DNA of 63,648 bases, counting the filler, from Reclinomonas americana ATCC 50394 (Eukaryota), in NCBI GenBank assembly GCA_048213135.1. It is 5 parts of 4 records of this genome, joined end to end, with 100 filler letters (N's around TTAATTAATTAA, not from the genome) between each part and the next. Parts side by side here need not be neighbours in the genome. Positions count along the whole stretch, not along the records: positions 1 to 26,058 come from PS015013.1; positions 26,159 to 33,209 come from PS015014.1; positions 33,310 to 56,092 come from PS015014.1; 2 more parts are not named here. One strand, given 5' to 3'. The notes beneath the pieces are model-generated. The model was not told the origin of the DNA. It did no database searches and saw only the letters and a list, made by a program, of their open reading frames with translations. The first letter of the stretch is position 1; each line of letters opens with the position of its first letter. Position numbers and translations under genes: made by a program. This document shows, in pieces, positions 25,307 to 38,459 of the stretch.

Positions 25307-26058
25307 ATCAGTGCCACAGAAGGCGACGACCGCCGCCGACCGTCCAAGCTGGACAAGAAGCGCGAGGAGGAACTGAAGCAGCAAGAGTACATGGAGCAGG
25401 CGCGTCGCGATTTCTTCGAGCGCAAGAAGCTCGAGGAGCAGAATCGACGTCAGGCGCAGGAGGACTTGGCGCCCTCGGCAGCGCCCCCGGCTCCTGTCTT
25501 CTCGCCGACAGAGCAAGCCGCGGACGGTGCCGATCGCGAACGGCTCTTGGCTGAGGCCGAGCGTCGCGAGCGCGAGCGTCGTTGGGAGGAGGCCAGGGAG
25601 CGCGAGAAGGGACGAGAGAGTGATAAGGAGCGACAGCAGCGACTGGAAGAGGAGCGGTGAGAAAGAAACAATCGGAGTTTCTTCTCTCTCTGCGTGTTGT
25701 TGTGATGCTCACGCGCTGCTTGTGTGCTCAGGAGTAAGGCTTACATGGAGCAGGCGCGCAACGATTACTTTGAGCGCAAGGCGCTGGAGGACCGCATGCG
25801 TCGCCAGGCTGCCGAAGATTCAGGAAATCGGGTAGCACGCTCCCCAGTTGAGCCGCCGGCGGGAAGCCCGCCGACTTTGGCGCCACCAGCTTCGGCGGCG
25901 CCAGCATTCAGTCCATGTTGCGTTTATACATGCGCTCGTGTTGTGTTTGTGTGGAGTGCTTGTCTCACATATGAGCAGTGATGAAACCGACAAATGCACC
26001 AGCAGCTCCGGCACCGGCTGCCTCCTCGAGCCTGTTGCGTACCGACTGTGTGTTCATT
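25307..26058 (+). CDS. Coiled-coil exons probably belonging to the NEK1-like gene (inverted contig)
   Basis: Duplicated motif 'EYMEQARRDFFERK' / 'AYMEQARNDYFERK'. E/R-rich exons with GT-AG introns; no start or stop; gap-bounded. Confidence 0.5.
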
Positions 26059-26158
26059 NNNNNNNNNNNNNNNNNNNNNNNNNNNNNNNNNNNNNNNNNN
26101 NNTTAATTAATTAANNNNNNNNNNNNNNNNNNNNNNNNNNNNNNNNNNNNNNNNNNNN
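26059..26158. other. Artificial scaffold spacer (N44-TTAATTAATTAA-N44)
   Basis: A six-frame stop linker of exactly 100 nt; the same structure occurs four times in the window. Confidence 0.97.
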
Positions 26159-26481
26159 GTGTGTGTGGGGAAGATTACACCGTGCGCGCGCAAGAGTGAG
26201 ACAGAGTGTGAGAGTGGGGGTCGCCATGTCAACAAGTGTCATCGCCGCACTTTGACCAGCGCACATGACACTCTGTGATGATTGGTCGCTGACATCATGA
26301 CGCACACACATACACAAACACGTGTCTCCGCACTCTCTCTCTCTTTTCTTCGTCTCTCTCTTTCCCTGCTCTTCTCATGCGTGGGCGATCCGCATTTCGT
26401 AAACTCCTTTGCCGCATTTGTGTCCTGTTCCGAGACCGCTGCTTGCTGGCAAACTCGCTCAATTTTGCATTTTTTACACAG

Positions 26482-29061
26482 GTGGTCTGCGTGCCACGGC
26501 TCGTGAGTCCGACGTGCTGGCGCTGTTTGACAGTCGGCTGCGCACTGCCGGCTCGCCGTCTTCATTGCTGTCGTCGTCCTCGTCGTCGGCATCGTCTGCC
26601 GGCATGCCCCGCGACAGCGCAGCTGCGGCGGCCGCCTCGTACGGCTACCCTGCCGGCTACGATATGCCGGCGACGATGCCACCGGGCATCGAGTACGCGC
26701 GCATCATAGCCTCCAAGGTGCTGATTGACGGCTGCAAGACGTGCATCTGCTTTGTGGTGTTTCACTCGAAGCGGCTGGCGCTGGAGGCGCTCTCGTTGAA
26801 TCCGCCGCCGGTGCCGCCGCGCCGCATTGTCGCTGGCTCGCATCTGGTGGTGCAGCTCAAGGGCAAGATGGGCAAGCGTGTGTACTGGTACCCGGCCGAG
26901 CCCGGCAACCTGCAGGTCAATGTCAACAGCGGCGACATGTCGGTGTCGCCCACCTCCATGTCACCCACGTCCACTTCGCCGGTGTCCATGTCGGCCTCGT
27001 CGTCGCCGCTGCGTGGCAGCACAGTTGCAGCACCGATTGCTGTGACGATGCCGCCGCCACCACCACCACCGCAAGCGCCGCCACCACCGTATCACCTGCA
27101 CCAGTACTCGGAGCAGGCGGCAGCGCAGCAACAACAACAGCAACACAACATGTTGTACGCTGGATATCCGCAGGCGGATGGCAAGCGACACCGCCAGATG
27201 CTGCCGCCTGGACAGCGCCCTCTGACGCCGCAGCGGTGAGCACGTTCCGTGTCCGTGCCTTTCTCACTCCCAGTGGCTCACTCTCTCTCGTGTGTTAGAT
27301 CTGCGGCCGCAGCGTGGACCAGACGCAGTGGTCAGGCTGACGATTTTCCGCCGCTGCCGAGCCAGTCTGGTTCGGCCACCACGCCGACGGCGACCGGCAC
27401 CGCCAACAGCGGATCAGGTGGTGGTGCTTTTGGCCGCCTGTCGGGTTCCTCGACGCCCACCATTGGTGCCCCCGGCTACAGCCATCATCCGGAGATGGTT
27501 TGTATTCACAGTTCTCCTCCCCACCACTTTCTCGATGTTTTCTTTGGCTGATTGGCGCTTGTGCATACATTAGTTCTTCTCCTGCCCCAGCTCGTCGGCG
27601 AGCTCGGTGGTGTCGGCCGAGGACGTGTATTCGCTGTCGTCGGAGCTGACTTCCGAGTGCGAGGACAATGGCGAATGCGAGCTGCTGCCTGCTGGCCTCC
27701 TGGACGAGAGTGCGTGTTCACCGTATTTTTGTGTGTGTGCGTGTTCTCCTCAGTGCCTAAAAGTTTTGCTTGTTGCGCGCACAGTCCCGGCCACCGACGA
27801 GTCGCTGAGTGACCGTGCTCCCGCGAGTCGTCCGCTGTCGCACGCGGCGGCTCGCAGCCACAGCTTGTACGCCCCGTACCACCATGGTGCGGTGATGCCG
27901 GCTCGTCTGCACCAGCACATTTCGCCGCACGGCGTGATGGTACCACCGCAGCCGCACATGCAGCAGCAGCAGCAGCAGCAGCACCATCACGGCCACCATC
28001 ACCCGCAGAATCACCACCCCCACCCGCACCACCTTCACCACCACCACCACCACCATGCGGCGGCGGCGTACATGCACATGGGTCCCGGAAGTGCGGCGGC
28101 GCACATGTCGCAGTCGTCGGGACGCACGCGCTCCTCGTCGTGCTTCTCCGAGTCGTCGTGCCCCGTGTCCAGCATTGACGTGCGCGGCTCGGTGACGCCG
28201 CCCAGCGTGCTGGTGGGTGCCACTGCTCACTCGGGCTCGGAGGCGTTCTCGCCCTGCGAATACCCGACGCACGTGCAGTTTGGAGTGCCGCCATCGGCCA
28301 TGCCGTCGTGGGGTCCGCAGCTGTACTACACCTCGGCACCGGGCTCCCACTCGTCGTCGCCAACATTTGCCGCTACTGCCGGTGCCGGCGGCGGCAACTT
28401 CAACCCGAACTCGGTCATGATGATGCTCGGCGGCAACTCGTCGTTCCCGGCCATGTCCAGCATCTCGTCGCCGGTGCACTCGCTGCGGACGTCGCCGCTC
28501 CAGGAGATTCACGGTGGTGAAATGGCGCCACCCGCCGCCATGCCACAGTCGGCCACTGCCCCTGCTACGCAACAGCAGCAGCAGCAGCAGACAAGGTCGC
28601 ACTCGCCGCCGACTCCATCGTCGACGACGGCGACCACTGCCAACAACACGTCGTCGCTGAACAATCTGATGGCTGGTCTGTCGGTGGGCGGTGTTCTCGG
28701 CCACATTGGCAGCTTCGACTCGAGTGCAGGCGCGGGCGCCGGAGCCGGTAGTGCCNNNNNNNNNNNNNNNNNNNNNNNNNNNNNNNNNNNNNNNNNNNNN
28801 NNNNNNNNNNNNNNNNNNNNNNNNNNNNNNNNNNNNNNNNNNNNNNNNNNNNNNNNNNNNNNNNNNNNNNNNNNNNNNNNNNNNNNNNNNNNNNNNNNNN
28901 NNNNNNNNNNNNNNNNNNNNNNNNNNNNNNNNNNNNNNNNNNNNNNNNNNNNNNNNNNNNNNNNNNNNNNNNNNNNNNNNNNNNNNNNNNNNNNNNNNNN
29001 NNNNNNNNNNNNGAGAGGTTCGAGTGTTGCTTCTGTACGTAGTTTCACCGCCGGGCAGTGA
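26482..29061 (+). CDS. RRM-containing protein with long Ser/Pro/His/Gln low-complexity tail (5' end uncertain)
   Basis: RNP2-like 'GLRATARESDVLALF', then an insertion, then 'IEYARII...CICFVVFHSKRLALEAL...HLVVQL'. Poly-Q/H tracts; stop at 29061. Confidence 0.55.
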
Positions 29062-29423
29062 TGCCGCCCAATTGGCTGGGGCGCATCGTCGCTGAGTGCC
29101 TGCGAGTGGTGATTTCACTTTTTTTTTTTGGCCTGCCTTCTCGTGTCATAGTAGGATTTGTTTTGGTTTTTCTCGTCGCCCACCGACGCCCTAGTTTGTG
29201 TATGCCTCGTCCCGGCGCTTTTTGTGGCCTCGGCGTCACGCGAGTCGACGTTTGTGACGTCAGCTGTGGCCAGCTGTGGATGGGAGGAGCTTTTCTTTTC
29301 TTCTTATCATTTCTTTTTTACAAGAAAATGAACTGAAAATGCTGGCAGCGAAAGCCGTTCACTTAAGAGTGTCACACGTCACATGAAGCAAGTGGCGACC
29401 TGCTGCTGCCGGCACCTACACTC

Positions 29424-30998
29424 TTATCCGGTGCGCAGAATAATGTGGACACCCGAGTCTGACGACACCTGCGCACACACACACACACACACAGTGAGGA
29501 GTGAGAGTGTGACCGGTGGGGAAGGGAGCAACCACTTGTGCACGCAACAATGTCGCTCAGCTCGCCCACCTTGAGCGCATAGCTGTGATGTGTGCGAGTC
29601 AGCAGTGGGGTGGAGGAAAGGGGCGGGGAGAGAGAGAGAAAGAGATAATGCAAGAAGACGAGAAGCATCGCGCTACAGGGCGTGCGAAGGCAGAGAAAAC
29701 AAATGATTAATCGTGCGACAAGACGAGAAGGCTGTGACGTACATGATAGAGTGAGAGAGAGGCAGAACAAACAACTCGTCAGATCCATGGCAGTGCAAAG
29801 GATGAGGAATGGCGTGCTACTGAATGCTTGGGAGCGAGTCAGCAAGGGAGGGAGAAAGAACAACTCGCCAGACCTTGGCGGTGCACAAGACGAGGAAGGG
29901 AAGAGCAAAACAAAGAGAGAGGGGGGTGTGGGAAAGAGAGTGAGAACAACTCACAAGATCTTCATGGTGCACAAGACGAAGAAGGGAAGAGCAAAACAAA
30001 GAGAGAGGGAGGGAGAATGAACGACTCGCCAGACCCCTGATGGTGCACAAGGGAAGAGCAAAACAAAGAGAGAGGGAGGGTGCGAGAAAGAGAGTGAGAA
30101 CAATTCGCAAGATCTTGATGGCGCAGAAGACGAAGAAGGGAAGAGCAAAGCAAAGAGAGGGAGGGCGTGAGAAAGACAGTGAGAACAACACGCCAGACTC
30201 GTGATACGATGAGGGACAGCGAGCATGAGAACGTACATGAAAGAGAGTAAAGAGCGAGTCAGGGAGGCAGAAGTACCGAGAACACTGAATCGTGGCAATC
30301 AACTTCTTCCACACTGTCCCTCGCTCTCTCCCAACGACGCAACGTGGCATCCTCAAACGGCTTCTGCATCTGCCCGCGGCCAAACACACCCAGATCACCT
30401 CCCTTCTGCTCACACCACCACCACCACGCAAGGGAGTGAGAGACGACCAACGAATCACCAAGAATCAAAACAAACACCACCAACGCACCGACGCCGAGCT
30501 GCAGTCGGAGAACTCAGAGGCCAGCTCCTCAAACGACTTGGCGCCGCTGACAATCTGCTCACGGTAGCCACGCAGGATCTCAATGGCGTCCTCCTTGCTG
30601 CGCGTGATCCTCTCCTCGCGCCACGACGACGGGCGACGCGAGTCGCGGTGCTTTACCAACAAATGCGAGGCGCGGACAGTAGCTGAGCGAGAAAAAGAGA
30701 GACACGCACACACACATGGAGCATTCAGGCACATGACAGCGCGCAGAGAGACAGAGAGACGGAGGTGAAGTGGCGGAAAGAGAGAAGGAGAGAGAGCGTG
30801 TGAGAAAGAATCACAAAGAGATATGCACACCGGCGGCACCGGAGGAGCCCGCCGCCTGTGGTGGTCTCTCCCATGAGCTCTCGCCAGTGACCGTGTTGAA
30901 GTAGTACTTGCGACCGGGATGCGAGGAGCTCTCGCGTTCAATCCATTCCGCTATGCACAAGAGTAGGTGATGATGTGGGGGGTGGACACAAGAGAGAC

Positions 30999-31036
<38 letters not shown>

Positions 31037-31073
31037 CATCAACATGCCAACCACGCTCGGCATACGCACCCAT
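29424..31073 (-). CDS. PIN1: Peptidyl-prolyl cis-trans isomerase Pin1 (WW plus parvulin)
   Basis: [104 protein letters not shown]. Confidence 0.96.
29855..30200. repeat. Degenerate intronic minisatellite (about 65-90 nt unit, about 4 copies) in Pin1 intron 4
   Basis: Recurrent blocks 'ggtgcacaagacgaagaagggaagagcaaaacaaagagagaggg' and 'gagaacaactcgccaga/caagatc'. Confidence 0.85.
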
Positions 31074-31333
31074 GATCGATGAATATGAATGTGAAATCGA
31101 CCGTTACGATTTCCCGCCAATTGCAAGAAACACATCGCGTGCGACACTGCAGGCACGGCTGCATACTCGTCCACCGCTCTCTCCACAGCTCCCATGCATA
31201 CAAACCGGTGCATTGTAATTAGAGGACACGGCAAACCGGCATACGATGCATCAGCGACGGAATCCACCGTCCATTCCGTTGTTCCCACCACTTTCCTCTG
31301 TTTGCGCGCGAAGACCAAACACACACGCACATC

Positions 31334-32211
31334 ATGTCCATCGTCCGTCTCTCTGCACTCGCCGTCCTGGCTCTCTTGCTGGTGACTGCTCTGGTGGTGT
31401 CGGCGAATGACCAGTCAGTGGGTGCGTGAGAGAGAGTGTTTGCCGTTTTTTTGTGGTTCAACATTTCGCGCGCGCACACACTCTCGCACATCTTTTTGAC
31501 GCCTCGCGCGCTCCCTCTCTCCTTTCTCTCACTGTGTGTGTGCGGTGCCTGCGGGGTGTGGTGTGCGAGAGAGTGTGCATCGCGCGTGTGTGTGCGGTGG
31601 GAGACGCGTTATATGCGCCTCCGGTTCTAACGGTTCAATTTTGTGTGGGTTTTCCGCAGCTGGTGAGGCCGAGGTTGCATGCGTCAGCGCATACACGGAG
31701 GCTGCCGCCGAGTGCGAGCGCCAAAACACTGCCCGCAGCGGCCTGCGCCACGCCTGCCTGGAGCGCGCTGAGTTGTCGTACAGCTCGTGCGCCACCAAGC
31801 CCATTTCCCTGCAGTCGTGAGTCAAAAGAGAAATGCGTGGTTTGGTTTCCGTGCCCGCAACTCACCCCTTGCTCTTGCTCAACCACAGGTTCACCACCCA
31901 CGCCATCAACGAGGAGCACGCCGCTCTCCTGTGCGAGGATGCTTGCGTCGAGGTCGCCTCCACCCACAAGTACGCCTGCGAGGCTCGCCGCGCCCGCGAC
32001 TGGGACTACTGCCACGCCACCAACGACCCGGAGCCGACCAACTACATGCCGACCAAGGGCTGCCTGCGCCGCTCGGAGGCCATTGAGTCGCTCTGCGCCA
32101 AGCGCATCGACAACACCCGTGGCTCGTGAGTTTGTGTTGTTTTTCGCGCCACGCACACCCGCACAAAACAGAAATGTGGTCATGTGGAACTCACTGTTGC
32201 CTCAGGTGCAT
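31334..32211 (+). CDS. Secreted Cys-rich, probably alpha-helical protein of unknown family (5' part)
   Basis: Signal peptide MSIVRLSALAVLALLLVTALVVSA; Cys spaced every 10-11 residues in Ala/Glu-rich sequence; runs into a gap. Confidence 0.7.
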
Positions 32212-32238
32212 NNNNNNNNNNNNNNNNNNNNGCGCTGC

Positions 32239-32696
32239 TTACAACTCAGCGCGCGCGGCGGCGGCGCGGAGCTCCTCCGCGCGGAGGGCCATCTCGCGCT
32301 GGCTGGCCGCCTGCGCCTTCTTCTCGCATGCAGCGTAGCACTGCTGGTGCCAGACCTCAGCAGCCTCCGTCTGGGCAGCGTGGTTCACCTCCACCTCGTC
32401 AATGCACTTGGCATACGGGCGCGGAGACACGTCGCGAGAGCGGTGGGCATGCTGGCAGGCAGCGCGGGCGTCCAGAGCCGAGGTCGAGCCCTGCTCAATC
32501 GAGCGCGCAAAGGTGGCGTCGCACTCGTTCAGGCAGCCGTGGAAGGTGGCTGTTTGCAAACATACACACAAAGAGGAAGATGAGGAAAAAAGGGCGCGAA
32601 AAATGAACAAACTGTGCTTGCTCGTCACCTGGGCTGGGGGCCTCAGCAGACTGCGCGGCCACCTGGTGGATCGAGTTGGTCACACCGCATGCCGAG
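32239..32696 (-). CDS. 3' part of the same secreted Cys-rich protein (inverted contig)
   Basis: 'FHGCLNECDATF...CQHAH...AKCIDEV...QQCYAACEKK...ARAEL*' has the same composition and codon style as the 5' part; gap-bounded. Confidence 0.6.
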
Positions 32697-33209
32697 NNNN
32701 NNNNNNNNNNNNNNNNNNNNNNNNNNNNNNNNNNNNNNNNNNNNNNNNNNNNNNNNNNNNNNNNNNNNNNNNNNNNNNNNNNNNNNNNNNNNNNNNNNNN
32801 NNNNNNNNNNNNNNNNNNNNNNNNNNNNNNNNNNNNNNNNNNNNNNNNNNNNNNNNNNNNNNNNNNNNNNNNNNNNNNNNNNNNNNNNNNNNNNNNNNNN
32901 NNNNNNNNNNNNNNNNNNNNNNNNNNNNNNNNNNNNNNNNNNNNNNNNNNNNNNNNNNNNNNNNNNNNNNNNNNNNNNNNNNNNNNNNNNNNNNNNNNNN
33001 NNNNNNNNNNNNNNNNNNNNNNNNNNNNNNNNNNNNNNNNNNNNNNNNNNNNNNNNNNNNNNNNNNNNNNNNNNNNNNNNTTGCGATGACGAAGAAAATC
33101 ATGTCTACGAACGCATGACGGAGGAGCGAGTGGGGGGGAATGGCGGCTGCTTGCCGCAGAAAACTTGACATGTCCGCCTGTTTTCCTTTTTCTGCTTTTC
33201 CGTCATTGT

Positions 33210-33309
33210 NNNNNNNNNNNNNNNNNNNNNNNNNNNNNNNNNNNNNNNNNNNNTTAATTAATTAANNNNNNNNNNNNNNNNNNNNNNNNNNNNNNNNNNN
33301 NNNNNNNNN
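33210..33309. other. Artificial scaffold spacer
   Basis: N44-TTAATTAATTAA-N44. Confidence 0.97.
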
Positions 33310-33546
33310 ACGTGTGCAGAACACAGCATGCAAAATCGTAACGGTCGTCTCCGCGCTCCATTGTTTGCTTTTTGTGCAAGAGGTGAGACAAGACAACTTT
33401 GCTCTTGATTTTTTTCAGTTGCTTTTGCATGTCTCTCTGTCTCTCTCCCTCTCTCCTCCCTCCTACTGTTTGGGTTTGTGGGTGCTCCTCGTGGCCACGT
33501 CGCTGACTCTTTTCCGTTTGTGTTTGTTTTCTTTTGTTGCAGTCAA

Positions 33547-36430
33547 ATGTCGCTTGCCCGTGTCAACGTCACCGCCAAGGTGGTGGCAGTCGCCCTCGCT
33601 GTGGCGCTGCTTATCGCCACGGCTCATGCTGGTTAGTGCTTGTGTGTGCACGCAATGAGAAAAAAACGCATCTCGCTCTGTCTTCTCTCTCGTTCGACAC
33701 ACTCGCACACGACCTCTCGCTGAATGGGTTTCGTTGATGCACTTTACTGTCGTCGCATGTGCGCACCTCTCTTTCCCCGCCACGAAAATCTTCTTGTTTG
33801 CGTGTGTGCGTGTGGGTGCGTGCATGTGCGACGACGGTTACATTTTGTCGTCTTACACAGTTTTTCGCGCGCTGCAAACATTAACTTCAATGTTTTCCCC
33901 CGTGTGATGCAGCTTCCCCAAGCACCGTCTACCTGCGTGCCGGTAACGCCAAGACCACCCAGGAGGCCATCACCTTCACTGGCATTTCCCCGGCTGTGAC
34001 CGCCTCCTCGGTGTTCACCATCCGCAGCGCCGCCGACTGCAGCGGTGCCGACTCGACCACCACCACTCTCGGTGCCGTCACTCTGACGGCCGGTGCCTCG
34101 CAGGCCCTGACCATCATCTCCACTGGTGAGACCGGTGCGGCGATTCGCTACGTGTGCCACGATCCCGATGGCGCCGGTGCTGCCATCAACCAGTCCATTG
34201 CCAAGATCCAGATCTGTTGCGTCACCAACTTCCCGCTTTTGTTTACTCTTCCCACGTGCCTCTAACGCGACACCCATCGCCACAGTCTCGGCAACCTCGG
34301 CCTCGCCGTCGTCGCTGCCCTCTGGCTCTGCCTCGCTCACTCTTACGATCCTGGGCTCCAACCTGGCGGCTCCGTCGTCTGCCTTCTTCTACCTGACTGC
34401 CACCGATCCGGGAGCCAGCAACGTGTGCAGCAACACTGCCGCGACGGGCACTTCTGTGACCTTTGCTCGCGCCTCGGCCACCACCATTGTGTTCACGGTG
34501 GCCACGGCGACCGGCTTCGCGGTGTCCAACGCGCAAGCAGTGACCACACCGACTGCCACCCAGTTCTGCACTGCTCCGGCTGCCGCAACCTACTTCCTCT
34601 GCGGCTCGTTGCGTTTGTTTTGCTCACGCGACTGTACAAAGAGAGCGCTTTTCCCACTCTTCTCAACGCTGCGTCTTTGCCTGCGCAGGTTCCAGAGCTC
34701 TGGCAGCAACAACCTCATCAGCTCTGTGGGCATTGTCGATCCGTCGGCCATGCAGATCGCCTTCACCAACCCGAGCGTGCTCAGCTACAACGCCGCCAAC
34801 ACCATCACCATCTCTGACGCGGCCAAGTCGCTGAACAGCTGCACTCGCTTCAAGATCATTCGCCCCGACCAGACTTGCGCCGACGATGTCAGTTTCGTTC
34901 GCGCACACACTCTCAGATTGATGCCGCACTGTACAACGCTGTGAAACTCATTCATCTTTCTCTGCCCCTGCACAGCCGCCTCGTCAGCCACAGCCAACAC
35001 GAACAACGCGGCGGGCTCGCTCGGTACCGTCAATACCTACGCGGCTGGTAGCTTTGATGCCGCGAGCTGCTTCGACTCGTCGACTGGCTGCAACTTCTTC
35101 AAGATCTCATTCACCCCGCAGCAGCCGGGCACCTTCCGTCTGTGCGCCAGCCGCAACAACTCGGCATTTGCACTCATTCCAGGCGAGCAGTTTGTCTCCG
35201 GTATGCAGCAGGCTTCGGGTACTCCGACCGCCATCGCGACTGTTGCGTCACTGTGCCAGCTGAAAGCGTTCAACAAGGTGTCAACCGAGAGTGCTCACGT
35301 TCTCGTGCGTTCCCGCATCTTAGTTTGGTACCGCCGGCACTGTGCGCACTGCCACCGTCTCCGCCACTTTCCCGGTCGCCTTCCCCGCGATTCCGCGTAT
35401 CCTTGTCGGCATCACCAACTACGCTGCTGCTTCCACGGCGGTGGACACTGGTGTGTCGTGCAGCGCCCCGGCAGTGACTGCCACTGGCTTCAGCACCTCT
35501 TGCACCGCCCTCCGTAACGCTAGTGTGGGATTGATGCAGCTGTGTGCGTACCCATGTGCCCACTCGCCGCATGCGACCCAATTTTAGTGGCCTCACTTAC
35601 TTTTTCAATTGTCTCTCCCACCAGCGTACTTTGCCTTCTACGCGCACACGTCCAAGGCGTTCTCGCTGGACGGACAGCGCACCCTCAGCAACGGCGCCGC
35701 CTGGAACAGCACTGCTACCTCCAAGTCGTCGACCATTGTTGCGTGAATGAGAACAGCTGTGCATGTGTGGACGTCATGCGATGAAAACTAACCGATTTGC
35801 ACCGTGCAGAACGTCAGCTTGTCGAATGTGTACGCGTTCGGCACTGCACCCTCTGTGGCAATTGCTTGGATGGGCGCTGCCACTCGCCGCTTCGGTACCA
35901 CCACTCTGGACTTCCGCAACGACGTCTTTTACGGCTCGATTGCTGCTGCTTCTCCGTCGAACTTCACCCTGCGCGGTGTGGTCTCTGGCAACTCGCGTGT
36001 GGACTCGTTCAGCACGCGCTACGTTACTGGTCCGTCGGCTGCGGACTCCAAGAACACGAGCGGCTTCATTGTGCTCGCTGGCGGTGAGTGTCGGCCTGCT
36101 GCTGCTTTCTGATTGCCTTGTCGCCTGATGAACTGAAGTTGGCTTCTCTCCATGTGTGCAGAGGGCGAAGCCACTGCCGCTGGCCCGGTGAACCTGACGT
36201 TCGCCAACAGTCGCCGCCTGCTGCAGACCGGCTTTGTTGCGATGGCTTTCATCCGCGGAATGGACAATGCTGGTGCCGCTGGCGCCACTGTGAACGTTGT
36301 TGTCCCGGCTGTATCCGGCTACGACACCAACGGCAGCGCCACCGACTGGGAGGGTGTGACGATCATTGCTGCGTCTCTGAGCAACAAGGTGCAAGTGTCG
36401 TACATTGCGCTCGGCACCCCGGCTCCGTAA
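33547..36430 (+). CDS. Secreted protein with TIG-like repeats plus three C-terminal H-type lectin-like domains (copy 1)
   Basis: Signal peptide 'MSLARVNVTAKVVAVALAVALLIATAHA'. H-lectin-like pattern 'ATFPVAFPAIPRILVGI...VSCSAPAVTATGFSTSC...LMQLSYFAF' occurs three times in divergent form, ending 'KVQVSYIALG'. 8 introns. Confidence 0.7.
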
Positions 36431-36835
36431 GCGAAAAAGACCATGTGGGCTTGTTGCCTGCCTGCCTTCAGTCTTGTCTGTTTAGCTGCCCTCACTTCTT
36501 GCTTCAAGCTTGTCGTCTCTTTTCTGTCTTCTGTCTCTCACGCGGCTACAATGAACTGCATTTGCAGGCAATTCAATTTTCGTGTTGTCCGTTGCCACCG
36601 GTTTTAAACACAAATCGCAAGGTGAGAGAGCGCGGGAACATCGTGTCTCCTCTTGCCTCCCCCCTTTCCTCTCCTCTCTCCTCTCTTTCTCTCTCTCTCT
36701 CTCTCTCATCGCTTCTCTGTCTTGTGGTCGAGCGGGAGACAAGAGAGTTCCCGCGCTGCGTGTGAGACACTTCCGCACTCAAGTGAGCCTCTCCCTGTGC
36801 AGCTCTCCCTCCCTTCTCACTCTCAACAGGAAAAA

Positions 36836-38414
36836 ATGGTGCGTCACGCCTTCACCGCTCTGGCAGCGGCCGCCACGATTGTCGTCATGGCGCTGCTGAT
36901 GGCCACTGCCCACGCTGCTGTCAGTGGTGAGTGCTTGCTGTTTCCCTTTTTTCATTTCGAACATGCATGTGTGGCGCGCACCAGCTGCACTTCCCCCTCC
37001 CTCCCTCTCCTCTCCTCTCCTTCCTCATTCTCACTCTGTGTCAACTCTGTCACGAGAATGTGTGTTTTTTGTGCGCGATGTGCTGTTTGTTTTCGCGCCC
37101 AATTTTCTGATTGCTGTTTCACTCGACAGCCACTCCGGCCACGGTCTCCCTGGTCGCCGGCAAGACTGTTGCCACCACGGAAATTATTACCTTCACCAAC
37201 ATCTCGCCTGCCGTCATCGCCGCCTCCACGTTTGCCATTTTCGACACGGCCAGCTGCACTGGCACCACGGGTCTCACCACTCTCGGCGCCATCACCATCA
37301 CTGCCGGCACCAGCCAGAGTATCCCATTTGTCACCACCAATGAGACTGGCTCCGCCACCCACTACCTGTGCTACGACGCCGACGGTGTCGGAGCCACGTA
37401 CTCGTACGAAATGCTGGCCAAGATCTACGTTTGTTGCGTCCACGCCTTCTTCGCAGCGTGTTGTCAGAGGAGTTGGTGCCCCTGTTTCTCACTCTCTCCC
37501 TCTCTCCTGTGTGCAGATTCGGTGACCGCCATTTCGCCTTCGGCACTGCCAATCGGCGCGGCGTCGCTGTCGCTGTCGGTGTTGGGCAACAACTTTACCG
37601 CGCCGACCTCGCCATCGTTCTTCATCGCCGCCGCAAACACGTGCGCGTCAGCCCTGAGTGGCACGTCGGTGTCTTACACCCGCGTGTCGGCGACGACGGC
37701 GGTGTTCACTGTGGCGACAGCCACTGGGTTTTCGCTGCCCAGTGTGCAGAGTCAGACGGGCTCGCCCGCGTCGTGCACTGCTCCGTCCGCCGCCACTGTC
37801 TACCTCTGCGGCTCGTTGCGTTTACTCGTCCAGTCCACCAAGGAGGGTATATGTTGGTACTGATGCTCGCCTGTGTGTTGTCGATGATGGTTGCAGGTTC
37901 CAGAACTCGGCAGCCTTGGTCCTCATCAGCTCTGTTGGCTTGGTGTCGCCTTCGGCTCTCCAGATCAGCTTTGCCAACCCGAGTGTGCTGAACTTCAACA
38001 CCGCCAACACAATCACGATTTCTGACGCGGCCAAGTCGCTCAACAGCTGCACTCGCTTCAAGGTCGTCCGTTCGGATCAGGCGTGCACCGTCGACGCCAG
38101 TTACGACGCTGCGCTCCTCCCACTTGTCGCACACCGTGTTCACTCACCACGGCACATTAGGCGCGGTGGCCACGGTGAACTCGTACACGGCAAGCAGTTT
38201 TGATGCCTCGAATTGCTTCGACTCCTCCAGCGGCTGCAGCTTTTACAAGATTTCCGTCACGCCGTTGCAAGCTGGCGCCTTGGTGCTTTGCGTCAGTCGC
38301 AACAACGGTGCGTTCGCGGTTGTTCCTGGCGAGCAGTTCGTCTCCGGCCTGCAAGTCAACAGTGGCAGTCCCACGGCCAGCACTGCTGTTGCGTTTTCAC
38401 TCACTGGCTGCTTG

Positions 38415-38459
<45 letters not shown>

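Noticed and set aside
26103-26114. TTAATTAATTAA palindrome, repeated at 33254, 56137 and 60704
   Set aside because: Always centred in exactly 44+44 N: an artificial six-frame-stop linker. Gene adjacency across it is meaningless.
29855-30200. CRISPR-like repeat/spacer appearance
   Set aside because: Eukaryotic intron, degenerate units, no unique spacers and no cas genes.
36783-36836. Acceptor-like pyrimidine-AG just before ATGs (also 33542 and about 61115), suggesting spliced-leader trans-splicing
   Set aside because: Plausible cis donors (GTGAG) lie shortly upstream, so ordinary 5' UTR introns explain them.
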